From Malacoraja senta (lineage: Eukaryota), in contig CM075990.1 in the NCBI GenBank assembly GCA_038087875.1, positions 17,176,001-17,240,000 of the forward strand: DNA of 64,000 nucleotides. Reading direction: 5' to 3'. A program made the translations under genes and the position numbers. Of this stretch, positions 24,695 to 37,800 are shown piece after piece. How positions within the stretch are numbered: the stretch's first letter is position 1; each line of letters begins with the position of its first letter. The notes under the pieces are model-generated. The model was not told the origin of the DNA, made no database searches, and worked only from the letters and a program-made list of their open reading frames with translations.

Positions 24695-25934
24695 GTAATG
24701 TTTCAGATGAACCATTTGACCTCTCTGCTCTTATATACTGTACCAAATATTCTCTCTATCTTCTAAACCATCTCATTCCTCTGGTCATCGCCTTTAGGGA
24801 TTTATGGCTATCCACTTCAAGATCCCCTGTACATCTCCACTGTCTAGGGTCCTATCATTTATGGAGGTTCTCTTGCCTTGTTGGTTCTTGCCAAGAATGT
24901 GTTTACTGCAGATGCTGGAATCTTGAGCAAAACACAAAGTGCAGGAAGAACTCAGTGGGTCAGGCGGCATCTGTGGAGGGAATGGACAGATGCATCACAG
25001 GTGCTGCCTGTCCCGCTGAGTTTCTCCAGCACTTTGTGTCTTGTCTTGTTTGTGCTGCTCAAACACCTTCGCAAGGACAGCCCGATTTGAGTTCCATGAA
25101 CAGTTTCAGCCAAATTGTCCTGCCTGGTGTTTCCTTCCTCATTATCAGCGGTATATCTGTTGAGGTAATGTTTCATCCAATGTATAATGGAACCATTTAA
25201 CTTCTCTACTCCTTTATTCATTGCCAAGTATTCCCTGTACGTTCCAAACTATCTTATCTCCTGGCCCATCACCTTTGGGGCTTTGTGGATGTCCACGTTC
25301 TCTAGAATTGCTGCCTGACCCTAGAGATCCTGACTACGGGTACTGTCTGCACAGAGATTGTGCGTTCTCTACGTGACCTGCGTGGGTTTTCTCCGGGTGC
25401 TCCGGTTTCCTCCCACAATCCAAAGACGTGTACAGGTTTGTAGTTTAATTGGCTTCAGTAAAATAGTAAATTGTCTCTAGTGTGTGTAGGATTTTTATTA
25501 TTAATGTTTAATGTTTTATGTGTCATTCCTAACTGTCACTGTATGTCATGTTGTCACTTGTGGGCGGAGCACCAAGGCAAATTCCTTGTATGTGAATACT
25601 TGGCCAATAAACTTATTCATTCATTCATTCAGGATAGTGTTAGTGTACGGGGTGATTGTTGTTCAACGTGGACTCGGTGGACTGAAGGGCCTGTTTCCAT
25701 GCTGTATCTCTAAAGTCTAACGTCTATGGACTGGTTCCGCTGTTGTCCATGGGTCGGTGAGCTGCCACCCCTGATTTTACAGCTGAAGCACTTAGCAACA
25801 TATGTCCACCTCCGCCAGTGGCTGTGGAAACCATCCCAACATGAGGCAAGGTGTTACAAGGCTTGCTCCCTGTCTTGGGATCTGTACCTGCTGGGCTTTT
25901 ACCAAGTCGATGTTGCCCTGTTTGTGTTTTGCAG

Positions 25935-26055
25935 CATCAATGATCCCTACATTTATGACATGTGCAACAAAGAGGCTGGTGGGAAAATTCCCAAATGTTC
26001 CAGATATTCCTGTGGCGATGTTCACGAAATTCACCATCGTCGTTTCCTTCTTCAG
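25935..26055 (+). CDS. WDFY4: WDFY4 exon, PH domain (INDPYIYDMCNKE...HEIHHRRFLLQ)
   Basis: ttgcag|C acceptor, CAG|gtgagc donor; RRFLLQ motif. Confidence 0.93.
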
Positions 26056-26998
26056 GTGAGCAAAGGTGTATATGTCTGACTAGGTGAAATCTCCCCACCA
26101 CCCCTCCGCTCCCCCTTCCCCTCCCCCCTCCCTCCCTCCCCCCTCCCCCCTCCCTCCCTCCCCCCTCCCCCCTCCCTCCTCCCTCCCCATGACCCACCTG
26201 GACTTGCATCCATTTCCACTCACCCCTTCCACCCATATTCCTTCTTCTATCTTCACAATTTGCACCTCTTCTATTCCTAACTCACACTTTCTGTCTTTCC
26301 ATCTCTGGCCATTGTCCAAACACCTGCTTATTAAACTCCCCCCCACCCCCCACCCCGCTCCTCCTCACCTGTATCTACCTTTACCCGTCCCTCCTCTCTT
26401 CCAGCTGTCTTCCCCCTCCCTATAACGTATTAAGATCCGAAACGTCTCCTATCCATGTTCTCCAGAGATGCTGTCTGACCTGTTGGGATACTCCAGCACA
26501 TTGTGTCTTTTCCCAGCTGCTGCTGCCACTGTGCAGCCAATAATATCAAGGCCCTTGAGCACAAAGGAATTATCCGTTGTCGTGGTAAAAGGCAATTGAG
26601 ATTTACAGCATTGCCCTCATGACATGACCTTTGTTTAAGGCCTTCCACCTGTGTCCTTGCTCCCTCTGTCAGGTATTGCCACATGAGCAAGAGAAGACAC
26701 AAAGTGCTGGATCTTGCCCATTTCCATCAACAGTTGTTAATGAGGACATTTAATAATTACAGCACTCTGCTTTGACTCGACTTATCTCTAAAAAGTTAAA
26801 GCTGGATTTCTACATTTTTGATGTGCTCATTCTTATACCTTTTAATTGTCAGTTAATTTTCAGTTTATTAAACAGAGTAGACATAAAAAGCTGGAGTAAC
26901 TCAGCGGGTCAGGCAGCATCTCTGGAGAGAAGGAATGGGTGGCGTTTACAATCCAGTGAGTTGTACCTTTAACTGCTTTGTTCCATTCTTACCTTTAG

Positions 26999-27084
26999 GA
27001 TATTGCATTTGAAATCTTTTTAAAGGGTGGATTTTCAAAGTTCCTTATTTTCCATAAAAATGATAAGAAAATCGCCTTAAAAAG
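26999..27084 (+). CDS. WDFY4: WDFY4 exon, PH domain (DIAFEIFLKGGFSKFLIFHKNDKKIALKR)
   Basis: ctttag|GAT acceptor, AG|gtaagt donor; resembles DIALEIFF...SKFLVF. Confidence 0.92.
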
Positions 27085-27192
27085 GTAAGTAACCATAAAT
27101 ATACCACACAGTTCTCCCAATTAGCTGCTACTTTGGTGATGGTTTCCAACAGATTGATTTGTCCTTGGATTGGTTGTCCTTGTTATCCACAG

Positions 27193-27252
27193 ATTCTACA
27201 ACATGATACCCGCTATAAAGAAAGGAAATCCCGATAGCTCAATGAGCCTGGG
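27193..27252 (+). CDS. WDFY4: WDFY4 exon (FYNMIPAIKKGNPDSSMSLG)
   Basis: ccacag|A acceptor, GG|gtgagt donor; 60 nt, phase 2-2, after a 108 nt intron. Confidence 0.85.
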
Positions 27253-27555
27253 GTGAGTTCATTCTGTTGATGTTTCCTAACTGCTGCTTGTAGCGGGCTT
27301 CCTTCTGATGTGTCCGCTGCCAAAAAGGGCCAGTGTGGAGATACAAAGCCTGCACGACTCCACACTCAGTTCCACAATCACACAATGAGTGTCCTAAACC
27401 TAATCGTTGAACTTTTCAACATCATTCACTCACTGACTGTTAAGCCCCTGTCCCACTTACGTGTCCTTGGCATGCTAATTACGCCACCTCCGGTCCCGCG
27501 GAGGTCGCTCGCGATTTAATGCGCCTGCACAGCTGTCTGGAGCGAGTGATGTCAT

Positions 27556-27785
27556 TTGAAGATGGACACAAAATGCTGGAGTAACTCAGCTGGACAGGCA
27601 GCATCTCTGGAGAGAAGGAATGGGTGACGTTTCGTGTCGAGACTCTTCTTCAGTCTGAAAGAAGGGTCTTGACCCGAAACGTCACCCATTCCTTCTCTCC
27701 AGAGATGCTGCCTGTCCCGCTGAGTTACTCCAACATTTTGTGTCTATCTTTGGTTTAAACCAGCATGTGCAGTTCATTCCTACAC
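27556..27785. mobile_element. Fold-back (inverted) Penelope terminal-repeat element, representative copy
   Basis: About 95-bp arm GACACAAAATGCTGGAGTAACTCAGC...CTTCTTCAG followed by its reverse complement. Similar palindromes at about 2900-3105, 5826-5975, 10322-10545, 35280-35420, 47402-47591, 53038-53205, 62240-62460, 63250-63420. Confidence 0.75.
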
Positions 27786-28655
27786 AAGGAACTGCAGATA
27801 CTGGTTATAGACACAAAAAGCTGGAGTAACTCAGCAGGTCAGGCAGCATCTCTGGAGAAAAGGTATCGGCGATGATTTTGGTCAAGACTCTTCTTCGGTC
27901 TGTTCTATGTTCTACATTTAACCCTAAGAACTTTTAGAAATAAAACCAAAGCAAGTGTTCACATCCATTTGTACAGTTTATTCTTCAAAGAAATGAATAT
28001 TTAAAATCATAATAATCACATTCCTTAACGATTTAATAACTTTGATATCTAGATGCTTTTTGAGCCCCTTGGCGTATTTCACTGGCTGCTTCCTCTCTGA
28101 ACTCAAAAGTAAAATGGCAAGTGTGTGTGTGGCCTGTTTGCCTTGGGTTCAACCTTTACATTGGAGATGACTATTTATACAGCCAGGCTAATGACTATAA
28201 TTTAAACTTTATATTTTAGTGGCAGCTCATCTTTTCAGACAATTACAATTGCTATCAGATTGATGACGTCAACTGTTGATCCAATGGGATTTAACCAAGC
28301 GTAAACAGTTGGAATATGAGCACTGTATTGGGAGAAATTCTCTTCCAAACTTGCAGGAACAAATTTCAACCTCACTGCAATTTATTTGTGATGATGTTAA
28401 AATACCTGCTTTGCTGAAACATTCCTCATAATTGCCACTGTCTTGTAAAAAAGCCACACAATCTTGGAAAAAATCATATTACAATTAAAATGGAAGTTGT
28501 TAGTGACCATTCCTAACAACATTTAGTAAGGTTTCGGCCTGTACATAGTCTGATTTGGGAGAAACATTTTTCAATGAACATTAGAATTTTGCAGCCATAT
28601 ATACATACAACTACAATTCTTAATCAGCCTACTTATGTTAATACGGTCAGTGTTA

Positions 28656-28954
28656 AGGCCCCGTCCCACAATGCAAGTTTACCCAAGAGCTCTCCCGAGT
28701 TTAAAAAAAAAAGTCAAACTCGTGGTAAGTACGGAGAATGTACGTAGCGGGTACGTCGGAACTCGTAGATGTCTCGTAGCGGCTCGTAACGCTAACGGCA
28801 GGTACTCGGGGAAACGCGGAAACTCGTGAAGTTTTTTCAACAGTGTGAAAAATTTCCAAGAGTAAAAAAATACTTGTGATGAAGTACCACGAGCTCGATT
28901 TAAAAAAAAACTCGGGAGAGCTCTTGGGTAAACTCGCATCGTGGGACAGGGGCT
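28656..28954. mobile_element. PIF/Harbinger-like MITE (different internal sequence)
   Basis: AGGCCCCGTCCCAC...GTGGGACAGGGGCT; TTA TSD; inverted arms TTTACCCAAGAGCTCTCCCGAG. Confidence 0.8.
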
Positions 28955-30419
28955 TTAGGAGACAAGAAATAGCGAGTTAATTAATGACTACAATCCTAAA
29001 TCCTTTTGTATGGTGTTATTCCTAAAGATTATGCAGCCTCGTCAATCAGGAACGGGATACTGACTGGGGATGATCAGCCATGATCACATTGAATGGCGGT
29101 GCTGGCTCATAGGGCCGAATGGCCTACTCCTGCACCTATTGTCTATTGTCTATTCCTAGATAGATGTTTATGGTCAGAGTCTTCTCTGTTAAGGATGTAG
29201 CAGTGTTCATCGTGAATGATGTAATGTGCATGAAATGATATAGAAAGTTATCCCCTCACACGTTGCCCTGTGTCAGTGGTGAAGACTAATTCTAGGTGGC
29301 TGCTCTTGGGGAAAGTCTAGTAGAATAAGTGGAGTTGTTTAATCAACCAAGTTGGTGAGTGTGGAATAGGAATTTGTGCTCTGATAAGATGCAGGCCACA
29401 TCTAGCCACGTGGGAGAGGTGGAACCTCCTCAGGCAAGGCACTAGTCACTATGCTGAGGTTGTCCACAGTACGGGAGGCTTCCACTGCCTCTGCTTGCTG
29501 CATGTAAGAGGTTTGCATGGAAATTCACAGTACTGAACATCTGTCCACCAACATCCTCGATTCCTCAAGATCTCGGACCAGCAACAGTGGAACCGTCTAG
29601 CAGCAGGATACACACCCTAGTTTTCTCCCTGTCTTCTCCTTGAAGACCATTCTCGAGGACACATTAACGTTGATCTTCTTGTCGTGGTTGCCTCCTGCAG
29701 TAAGAGTATCGTCAGTGCCAAATCTCATGAATCAAGTGGGGTGACAGCCAAAGTCAGCTGGTCCTTCGTGGGGTCAGGTCGTGCAAGGATCAGCGAGCTT
29801 TGTTTGCTGGCAGCAGTTTCAATGTATCAAGCTCTGTCAAGGCTGTAAGGGTGGGCAGGTACATGGGCCAGGCACAGGCGAGTGGGACTACCATAGATGG
29901 GGCACCTCGGACAGCATGCACAAGTTGGGCCAAAGGGTCCGTTTCTGTGCTGTACGTTTCTAAGGATCAAAGAACAAGGAGAAGTAGTTTTGCTTTGGGG
30001 AACATACAGAGCACAAACACAGGAACGAGCTGCCTGGATAGAGTGGATGTGGACAGGATGTTTCCACTCGTGGGAGAGTCTAGGACCAGAGGGCACAGCC
30101 TCAGATTAGAAGGGCACACCTTTAGAAAGGAGGTGAGGAGGAATTTCTTTAGTCACAGGGTGGTGAATCTGTGGAATTCATTGCCACTGACGGCTGTGGA
30201 GGCCAAATCAATGGGCATTTTTAAAACAGAGATTGACAGGTTTTTGATTGGTACGGGTGTCAAAGGTGACAGTGAAAAAGCAGGAGAATGGGGTTGAGAG
30301 GGAAAGATAGATCAGCAATGATTGAACGGCAGAGCAGACTGGATGGGCTGAATGGCCTAATTCTGCTCCAATGACTTATGAATTTACGGACTTATCTAAA
30401 GGTAATCAAGACAATTAAT

Positions 30420-30425
30420 TTTATT
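30420..30425 (-). terminator. Candidate polyadenylation signal (AATAAA) of LRRC18
   Basis: Plus-strand tttatt about 50 nt downstream of the LRRC18 stop codon. Confidence 0.55.
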
Positions 30426-30477
30426 TGTTACTGGGTCATTTTGAGCCTAATGATTGGGATTGATTCAGTTCAGTTTC

Positions 30478-31248
30478 TCATTCTATGACTCTCCAAGCGA
30501 CCTCGTTCTGTTTGGCAACAGAGTTGGGAGCGAGGAGGCCGGTGAAGTCTGGCTCCTCGTCCATCTCAGTCATCTGCTTCACCTTGCTCCACTTGTTCCT
30601 CTCTCGCTGTAGCTTCTTGAGGCAGGGGCGACATAGCGTGCTCTTCTTGGCCAAGTAAATATCCTCAATGCGATCAATAGTGTCGATCGGCTCTACGGGT
30701 ACCTGTGGTGTGGTGAAGGGATTACGCATCACGTTTAACTTCTTCAGTTTCGGCAGCTTGGTGATTTTCTCTGGCAAATAGGTGATGCGGTTGTCAAACA
30801 ATCCAATCTCCTTGAGTTCCTTTAACGTGCCAAGGGTGGTTGGAATCATATCCATGGAATTCAGCCCAAGGTTCAAGACGCGGAGATTTTTTAGCTGATT
30901 GAGTTCCAAGGGCAAGCCATCGGTGGTAAGCTTGTTATTGGACAGGTCCAGGTAGTAAAGTAATTCCAGCTGCCCAATATTCTCCGGGATTTTCTCTATC
31001 TTGTTCGTGTGGAAGTCTAGGTATCGCAGCTTTGTAAATTTGTTGATGTAGTCTGGGATTTTTTTGATCATGTTTCTGCTGAGGTCTATCTCCTCGATGT
31101 CAGCCAGCTTCAAGATGCACCTGGGAAAGGCTCCGATGCCCATGTTGCTGAGGTCCAAGCGCCTCTTGCCATCCACCGTGATCTTCATGGACTTCTTGGC
31201 CATCTTCAGGGTGACCTTCTTCCCCTGCGCCCCTCTCTTTTTTGGCAT
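30478..31248 (-). CDS. LRRC18: Leucine-rich repeat-containing protein 18, 256 aa, single coding exon, nested antisense in a WDFY4 intron
   Basis: MPKKRGAQGKKVTLKMAKKSMKITVDGKRRLDLSNMGI...LDLSNNKLTTDGLPLEL...LCRPCLKK...APNSVAK matches recalled LRRC18 end to end. ATG is preceded by a ttag|gaag acceptor; AATAAA lies about 50 nt after the stop. Confidence 0.95.
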   Translation of the reverse strand: MPKKRGAQGKKVTLKMAKKSMKITVDGKRRLDLSNMGIGAFPRCILKLADIEEIDLSRNMIKKIPDYINKFTKLRYLDFHTNKIEKIPENIGQLELLYYLDLSNNKLTTDGLPLELNQLKNLRVLNLGLNSMDMIPTTLGTLKELKEIGLFDNRITYLPEKITKLPKLKKLNVMRNPFTTPQVPVEPIDTIDRIEDIYLAKKSTLCRPCLKKLQRERNKWSKVKQMTEMDEEPDFTGLLAPNSVAKQNEVAWRVIE

Positions 31249-32784
31249 CTTCCTAATTTTTGGACAAACAACCGCCAACAAAACGATCAAGCAATGGGAG
31301 AAACGAGGAACTGCAGTAAACGCTGGTTTACAAAGAAAAAAGACGCAAAAGTACTGGAGGAGCTCATCCGGCCAGGAGGCTTCTCTGAATGTTCTCCAGA
31401 GTTGCTGCCTGATCTGCTGAGCGACTCCAGCATTTGGTGTCATTTTTTAATCAAACAATGCCTTTAACTCCCACAGTTACTACCAGCTACACTGAGTGAC
31501 AATAGTGTTAGCACTGAGCCTGAGACTTTAGGCTACAACCTCCTGCCTGTGTTAACGCTCATGCCTGAACTCTTCCCAACCTATCCCAACAGTAACCCCC
31601 CCCCTCCCCCCCCATGTATGTATCCATTTCTACCACTATCCCCTCCCCCATTCCCCCTCCCCCATTTCCCCCCCTCCCCCATTCTCCCCCCTCCGCCATT
31701 TCCCCCCCCCCCCCCATTTGTCTCTCCCTACCTGACACCTTTTGACTTCATGTAGGAAGGAACTGCAGATGCTGGTTTACACTGAATATAGACACAACAT
31801 GCTGGAGTGGGACAGTCTGAAGAAGGGTCTCGACCTAAAACGTCACCCATTCCATCTCTGTCCCACTGAGTTAATCCAGTATTTTGTTTCTAGAATTCTC
31901 CCAATTCTGCTAGCCCTTGCTGTCCCCTCCCCTTCATCAGCCATCTGGTTGTCTCCTCCCCTCCCCCAGCCCTCGGGCTCCTCCTCCGCCTTTTTCCTTT
32001 TTTCCTTTCTTCTCCCCACCCCTTATCAGTCTGAAGAAGGGTTTCGGCCCGAAACGTTACCTATTTCCTTCGCTCCATAGATGCTGCTGCACCCGCTGAG
32101 TTTCTCCAGCATTTTTGTGTACGTTTTGTTTCTACCCTCTTGTCTTCTTTATGTTCTCTTTTTTCCCTTTTGTCAGCCTTTTCTCGTCTTTTCATCTCGA
32201 GCCTTTGTCCACTGATCTGCCAATTAAAATGTCCCTCAACTGTATCTACCTATAACGTGCCAGGCTTTGTCCCAGCCACATCTCTTTCCAGCTTTCTCCC
32301 CTCTTCTTCAATCGATCTGAAGAAGGGACCCGACTTGAAATATTGCCTATCCATGACTCCTAAGATGCTGCCTGACCCGCTGAGTTACTCCAGCACTCTG
32401 TGAAACGTCACCTATCCATATTCTCCACAGATGCTGCCTGACCCGCCTGAGTTACTCCAGCACTCTGTGATTTGCTGAATGAAGTATTGTTCTGACTGTA
32501 CAAATGTTTAATTTGGGGGGAAGAATTAATAGAAAGCTGAGGGGTAACTTTTTCACACACAGTTTGGTGTATGTATGGAACGTGTTGCCGGAGGTACGAT
32601 CACAACTTTTAAGAACCGTTCGGACAGGTATACGATTAGGAAGGTTTAGAGGGATGTGGGCCAAACATGGGCAGGTGGGACTAGTGTAGATGGGGCATGT
32701 TGGTCAGTGTGGGCAAGTTGGGCCGAGGGGCCTGTTTCCACACTCTATGACTCTATGCCTATTTAAACTCCTCACGAAACATAG

Positions 32785-33265
32785 TCATAGAATGATACAG
32801 TGTGGAAACAGGCCCTTCGGCCCAACTCGCCCACACCAGCTACCCTAGTCCCACTTGCCTGCACTTGGTCCATATCCCTCAAACCTGTCCTATCCATGTA
32901 CCTGTCCAACTGTTTCTTAAACGATGGGATAATCCCAGCCTCAACTACCTCCTCTGGCAGCTTGTTCCATACACCCACCGCCCTCTGTGTGAAAAAGTTA
33001 CCCTCGGATTCCTATTAAATCTTTTCGCTTCACCTTGAACCTATGTCCTCTGGTCCTCGATTCCCCTACTCTGGGTAAAAGACTCTGTGCATCTACCCGA
33101 TCTATTCCTCTCTGATTTTGTACACCTCTATAAGATCACCCCTCATCCTCCTGCGCTCGAATGGAATAGAGTCCCAGCCTACTCAACCTCTCCCTGTAGC
33201 TCACACCCTCTAGTCCTGGCAACATCCTCGTAAATCTTCTCTGAACCCTTTCAAGCTTGACAACA
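32785..33265 (-). mobile_element. CR1-like LINE 3' fragment, tail-to-tail with a + strand fragment at about 32505-32755
   Basis: KLERVQRRFTRMLPGLEGVSYRERLSRLGLYS and VWNKLPEEVVEAG on the minus strand. Confidence 0.85.
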
Positions 33266-34419
33266 TACCCCGGCATTTTGGGTCCTTTTCTTTTGTGAAC
33301 CTGCATCTGCAGTTCCTTGTTTCCACGTGGAGGAGAACTCATTCTGCATGGGTATGCAGACCAACACGTACCCAACATGAATGGGCTGAATGTAACTGGG
33401 GGGTAGTGGGAAGTGGAGCAGGTTCCAGCTGGCTGCCCTGTAGCTGCCTTGTGTACAACACGTAATTGTACGAAGCCAGGTTGGGTGGTGATGAATGATA
33501 GCGTGGCTCTCTCACATACATAACTTTCCATTACCAAGGCTTCACTAAAGCCCTAAGGGACCCTGCCTACTCATTAATCATGTTCAACCATGTGCAGGGC
33601 AATCTGAGATAATAACTAATCCATCCAGCTAATTTCAATTATCCATCTTGGAAGGGAGAGACAAAAGAATACACAGTGTAATAGAGTTCTCCTCATGCAG
33701 CCGTCAAATTTGTCCAAAGGCACACTTACAGTTTTTAACGTGCAGATAGAGCAGAAGGTGTGGGTGGAACACGGCTAGTGTAGCCTCGTGTGCAGGGGTC
33801 CCTGGGTCAGAGGAGAGCTCCTTCTTCAGGTATCATGGACGCAAAGACACAAGATATTCTCTTGTTTACCTAGATTGGAATCAAAATAACGCATTTAGAC
33901 AGTGCCTTTCACCACTAATTACTTGTGAAGTCCATTCACTGCTGGAGTACAGAAGATATCCAGTGGAGGCCAAGTCAATGGATATTTTTAACATGTCCCA
34001 TCTACACTAGTCCCACCTGCCTGCATTTGGTCCATATCCCTCCAAACCTGTCCTATCCATTTAAGGCTGAGACAGATAGATTCTTGATTAGTACGGGTGT
34101 CAGGGGTTATGGGGAGAAGGCAGGAGAATGGGGTTAGGATGGAGAATAGGGTTAGGAGGGAGAGATAGATCAGCGGTGATTGAATGGCGGAGAAGACAGG
34201 ATGGGCTGAATGGCCTAATTCTTCTCCTATCACTTATCAATGTATGTAAGATAAGGCAGGCAAGGTGGAGCGGAGCAAAGTGAGAATCACCACCAGCTGC
34301 CATTGTTGGTCGGTCGCAGTGCAGACCATCAACAATTGGGTCACGCACCAAGAGTCTCAGACAATGCCATTGAAGCAGCATTTCATCGAGATGAGAACCT
34401 TCATTCTTGCACAGCACAA

Positions 34420-34893
34420 GATTGAAACTGTGCAGAGAAGATATACAAGGATGTTACCAGGACTCGAGGGGCTGAGCTACAGGGAGAGGTTGATCAGGCT
34501 GGGATTCTATTCCTTGGAGCGCAGGATGATGAGAGGTGATTGTATAGAAGTGTACAAAATCATGAGAGGACTAGATCGGGAAAACGCACAGAATCTCTTG
34601 CCCAGAGTAGGGTAATTGAGAACCAGAGGACATGGGTTTAAGATGAGGGGGGAAAGATTTAATAGGAACCTGAGGGTAAATTCTTTACACAAAGGTTGGT
34701 AGGAGTTTGGAACGAGCTGCCAGAGGAGGTAGTTGAGGCAGGGACTATTGCAATATTTAGGAAACTTTTGGCCAGGTACATGGATAGGACAGGTTTGGAG
34801 GGATATGGACCAAATGCAGGCAGGTGGGACTAGTGTAGATGGGACATGTTGGTCGGTGTGGGCTAGTTGGGCCGAAGGGCCTGTTTCCACACT
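34420..34893 (+). mobile_element. CR1-like LINE 3' fragment
   Basis: ORF 34265-34615 C-terminal part VQRRYTRMLPGLEGLSYRERL...RGDCIEVYKIMRG; tail GGGCCGAAGGGCCTGTTTCC. Confidence 0.85.
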
Positions 34894-37800
34894 GTTGGAC
34901 TATAATTGCGGAAGATGAGTAACGTGGGTCTGATGACAGGGAGAGTGTCCATGGGGTTGGTTGGAAAGGCACCAGCGCTGCAGAGGGTGGCGGTTGAGTC
35001 AGTACCTGCTATTTGCAGCCACAGGTGGAATCAGTGATGGGCCCAAAGGCAGCAGGTAAGTTAATGACTTTATTGGATCTTTCCGCCAGTCTTAGTTGCC
35101 AGAGCTGTGTTTAACCAGGGGTGTCGAGTTTAAATGGCTGCATTACCAAGCAAGCAAACTTATAGAGTTGACTGTTCCAAGGATTGGCTGATGTGCTGGA
35201 AAGCTAAAATAAATAATGAAAATACTGCTGTTGTTAGCAGTCAACTGTCATAGTGAGCAAACTGACATCACTAGTTTAGTTTAAGAAGGAACTGCAGGTG
35301 CTGGAAAAATCAAAGGTAGATAAAAATGCTGGAGAAATTCAGCGGGTGAGGCAGCATCTATGGAGCGAAGGAAATAGGTGACGTTTCGGGAAGGGTTTCT
35401 CCAGCATTTTTATCTACCTTCACTAGTTTAGATTAGTTTCTATAGTTGAGATTGTTATTGTCATGTGATTACAAGCATGCCAACCACAGTGTACAGATAC
35501 AGGATAAAGGGAATAATGTTTAGTTCAAGATAAAATCCAATAAAGTCCCAAAGTTAAAGATAGTCTCCAATGAGCTAGATGGGAGGTCAGGACCACTCTC
35601 TAGTGAGTGCGAGGATGGATCGGTTGCCTGATAACTGCCGGGAAGAAACTGTCCCTGAATCTTAAAAATAGCGGAGTCAGGGGATATGGGGAGAAGGCAG
35701 GAACGGGGTACTGATTGGGGATGATCAGCCATGATCACATTGAATAGCTGTGCTGGCTCGAAGGGCCAAATGGCCTACTCCTGCACCTATTGTCTATTAT
35801 CTATTATCTATTGTCTACAGGTGTGCGTTTTCAAACTTTTGTATCTCATGCCTGATGGGAGAGGGGAGAAGAGGGAGTGATCAACATGAGATTGGTCCTT
35901 GCTTATGCTGGTGACCTGGAGAGTGGTCCTGAGCTAACATCTACCTCAATGGAGAAAGTTGAATTATTTTTAATACGAGTTGACCAAACTTTATCTATCG
36001 CTAATAATTATTCCCTCCTGTGCAGGAAGGAACTGCAGATGCTGGTTTAAACTGAAGATAGACACAAAAAGCTGGAGTAACTCAGAGGGTCAGGCAGAGA
36101 GCCTGTCTGTGGAGAGAAGGAATGGGTGATGTTTCGGGTCAAGATGCTTTTTCAGACTGAGAGTCAGGGGAAAGGGAAGCAAGAGATATAGAACAAATGA
36201 ATGAAATATATGCAAAACTCCAGAGATGCTGCCTGCCCCCTGAGCTTTTTGTGTCCGTTTCAGATGTACGCCAGCATCTGCAGTTCCTTCCTACACATTA
36301 TTTCCTTTATCCTAAACATAGAAACATAGAAAATAGGTGCAGGAGGAGGCCATTCGGCCCTTCGAGCCAACACCGCCATTCATTATCGTCCCCAATCAAT
36401 AACCCGTGCCTGCCTTCTCCCCATATCCCTTGATTCCACTAGCCCCTAGAGCTCTATCTAACTCTCTCTTAAATCCATCCAATGACTTGGCCTCCACTGC
36501 CCTCTGTGACAGGGAATTCCACAAATTCACAACTCTGGGTGAAAACGTTTTTTCTCACCTCAGTCTTAAATGGCCTCCCCTTTATCCTGTATCTGTACAC
36601 GGTGGACAGATTGATTGTAATCATGCATAGTCTTGCCGCTGACTGGATAGCATGCAACAAAAAAAAGCCTTTCACCATTCCTCGGTACACGTGACAATAA
36701 ACTAAAGTAAAATTAAAACTATTGGCTGCCTCAGAACCACAAAACTAGAGTGGAAGTAAATTTTCTTCGATCACAAGGGACCACTAAAGAAGAAAGAGTA
36801 ACATAGAGGTCATTCACTTCCTGTTGTGTCAGTGAGAAGCAGGGTCATTGCAAATGCTATACTGTGTCCGAAGAAGGGTCTCGACCCGAAACGTCACCCA
36901 TTCCTTCTCTCCAGAGATGCTGCCTGTCCCACCCGCTGAGTTACTCCAGCTTTTATTGTCTATCCTCAGTGCAAATGCTTCCTTCCTTAAGACAGTTCTC
37001 CGGTAATGGATACCGACACTTTTACCACGTGGTGCCCCACATATCATTAATGATGTGCTTACCGAACCTTGTGTGAGGTAATCATTGCAGGTCAGAGACA
37101 TCGAGAGGGACGGCCACTGTTTTGTTTTAGTCTCGTTTAGAGATACAGCGCGGAAACAGGCACTTCGGCACACCGAGGCCGCGCCGACCAGCGATCCCCG
37201 TACACCAACACTATCCTATACACACTGGGGACAATTTACATTTATACCAAGCCAATTAACCTACAAACCTGTACGTCTTTGGAGTGTGGGAGGAAACCAG
37301 AGCACCCGGAGAAAACCCACGCAGTCACAGGAGAACGTACAAACTCCCGTACAGACTGGTTCATCAAATGGATACGATACGATAGATAGAACATTATTTA
37401 TCACAGGAGGGAAGGGTTAAAAAAATAAAATAAACGGATTTGCTATCTCAAAGAATTCCAGTCAACTCAAAATAATGGAACAATCTTTGTTCCAAATAGC
37501 ATCACAATGAACTTATTGTGTCAACAATCAACAATGCACAATCAACCTAACAGGATGCTACAAGACAATGACTACTTTACACCTCTCCATAAATCACAAG
37601 ATGAACGTTATTTAATCAATGCCCTCTCCCCTCCCCAGTTGTATTGGATGATATCTGTCATCTACTCATCCACTGTTGTGTCAGACATTGGTGAGGCCAC
37701 ACTAGGCTTCATTTTGATCACCTTGCTGAGGGAAGGATGCTATTAAACTGGAAAGAGTCGATGCAGAGAAGATTTACGAGGAATGTTGCCAGGACTTGAG

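Noticed and set aside
24598..25200. 200-aa + strand ORF
   Set aside because: Overlaps a WDFY4 exon out of frame, then runs through intron and repeats; no recognisable protein.
26084..26425. Proline-rich ORF and C-rich tract (also 31549-31755)
   Set aside because: Low-complexity pyrimidine tracts within Penelope-like 3' UTR remnants.
31249..31443. 65-aa N-terminal extension of LRRC18 in the 321-aa ORF call
   Set aside because: It is mostly a decayed Penelope terminal repeat upstream of an AG acceptor; LRRC18 similarity begins at MPKK (31248).
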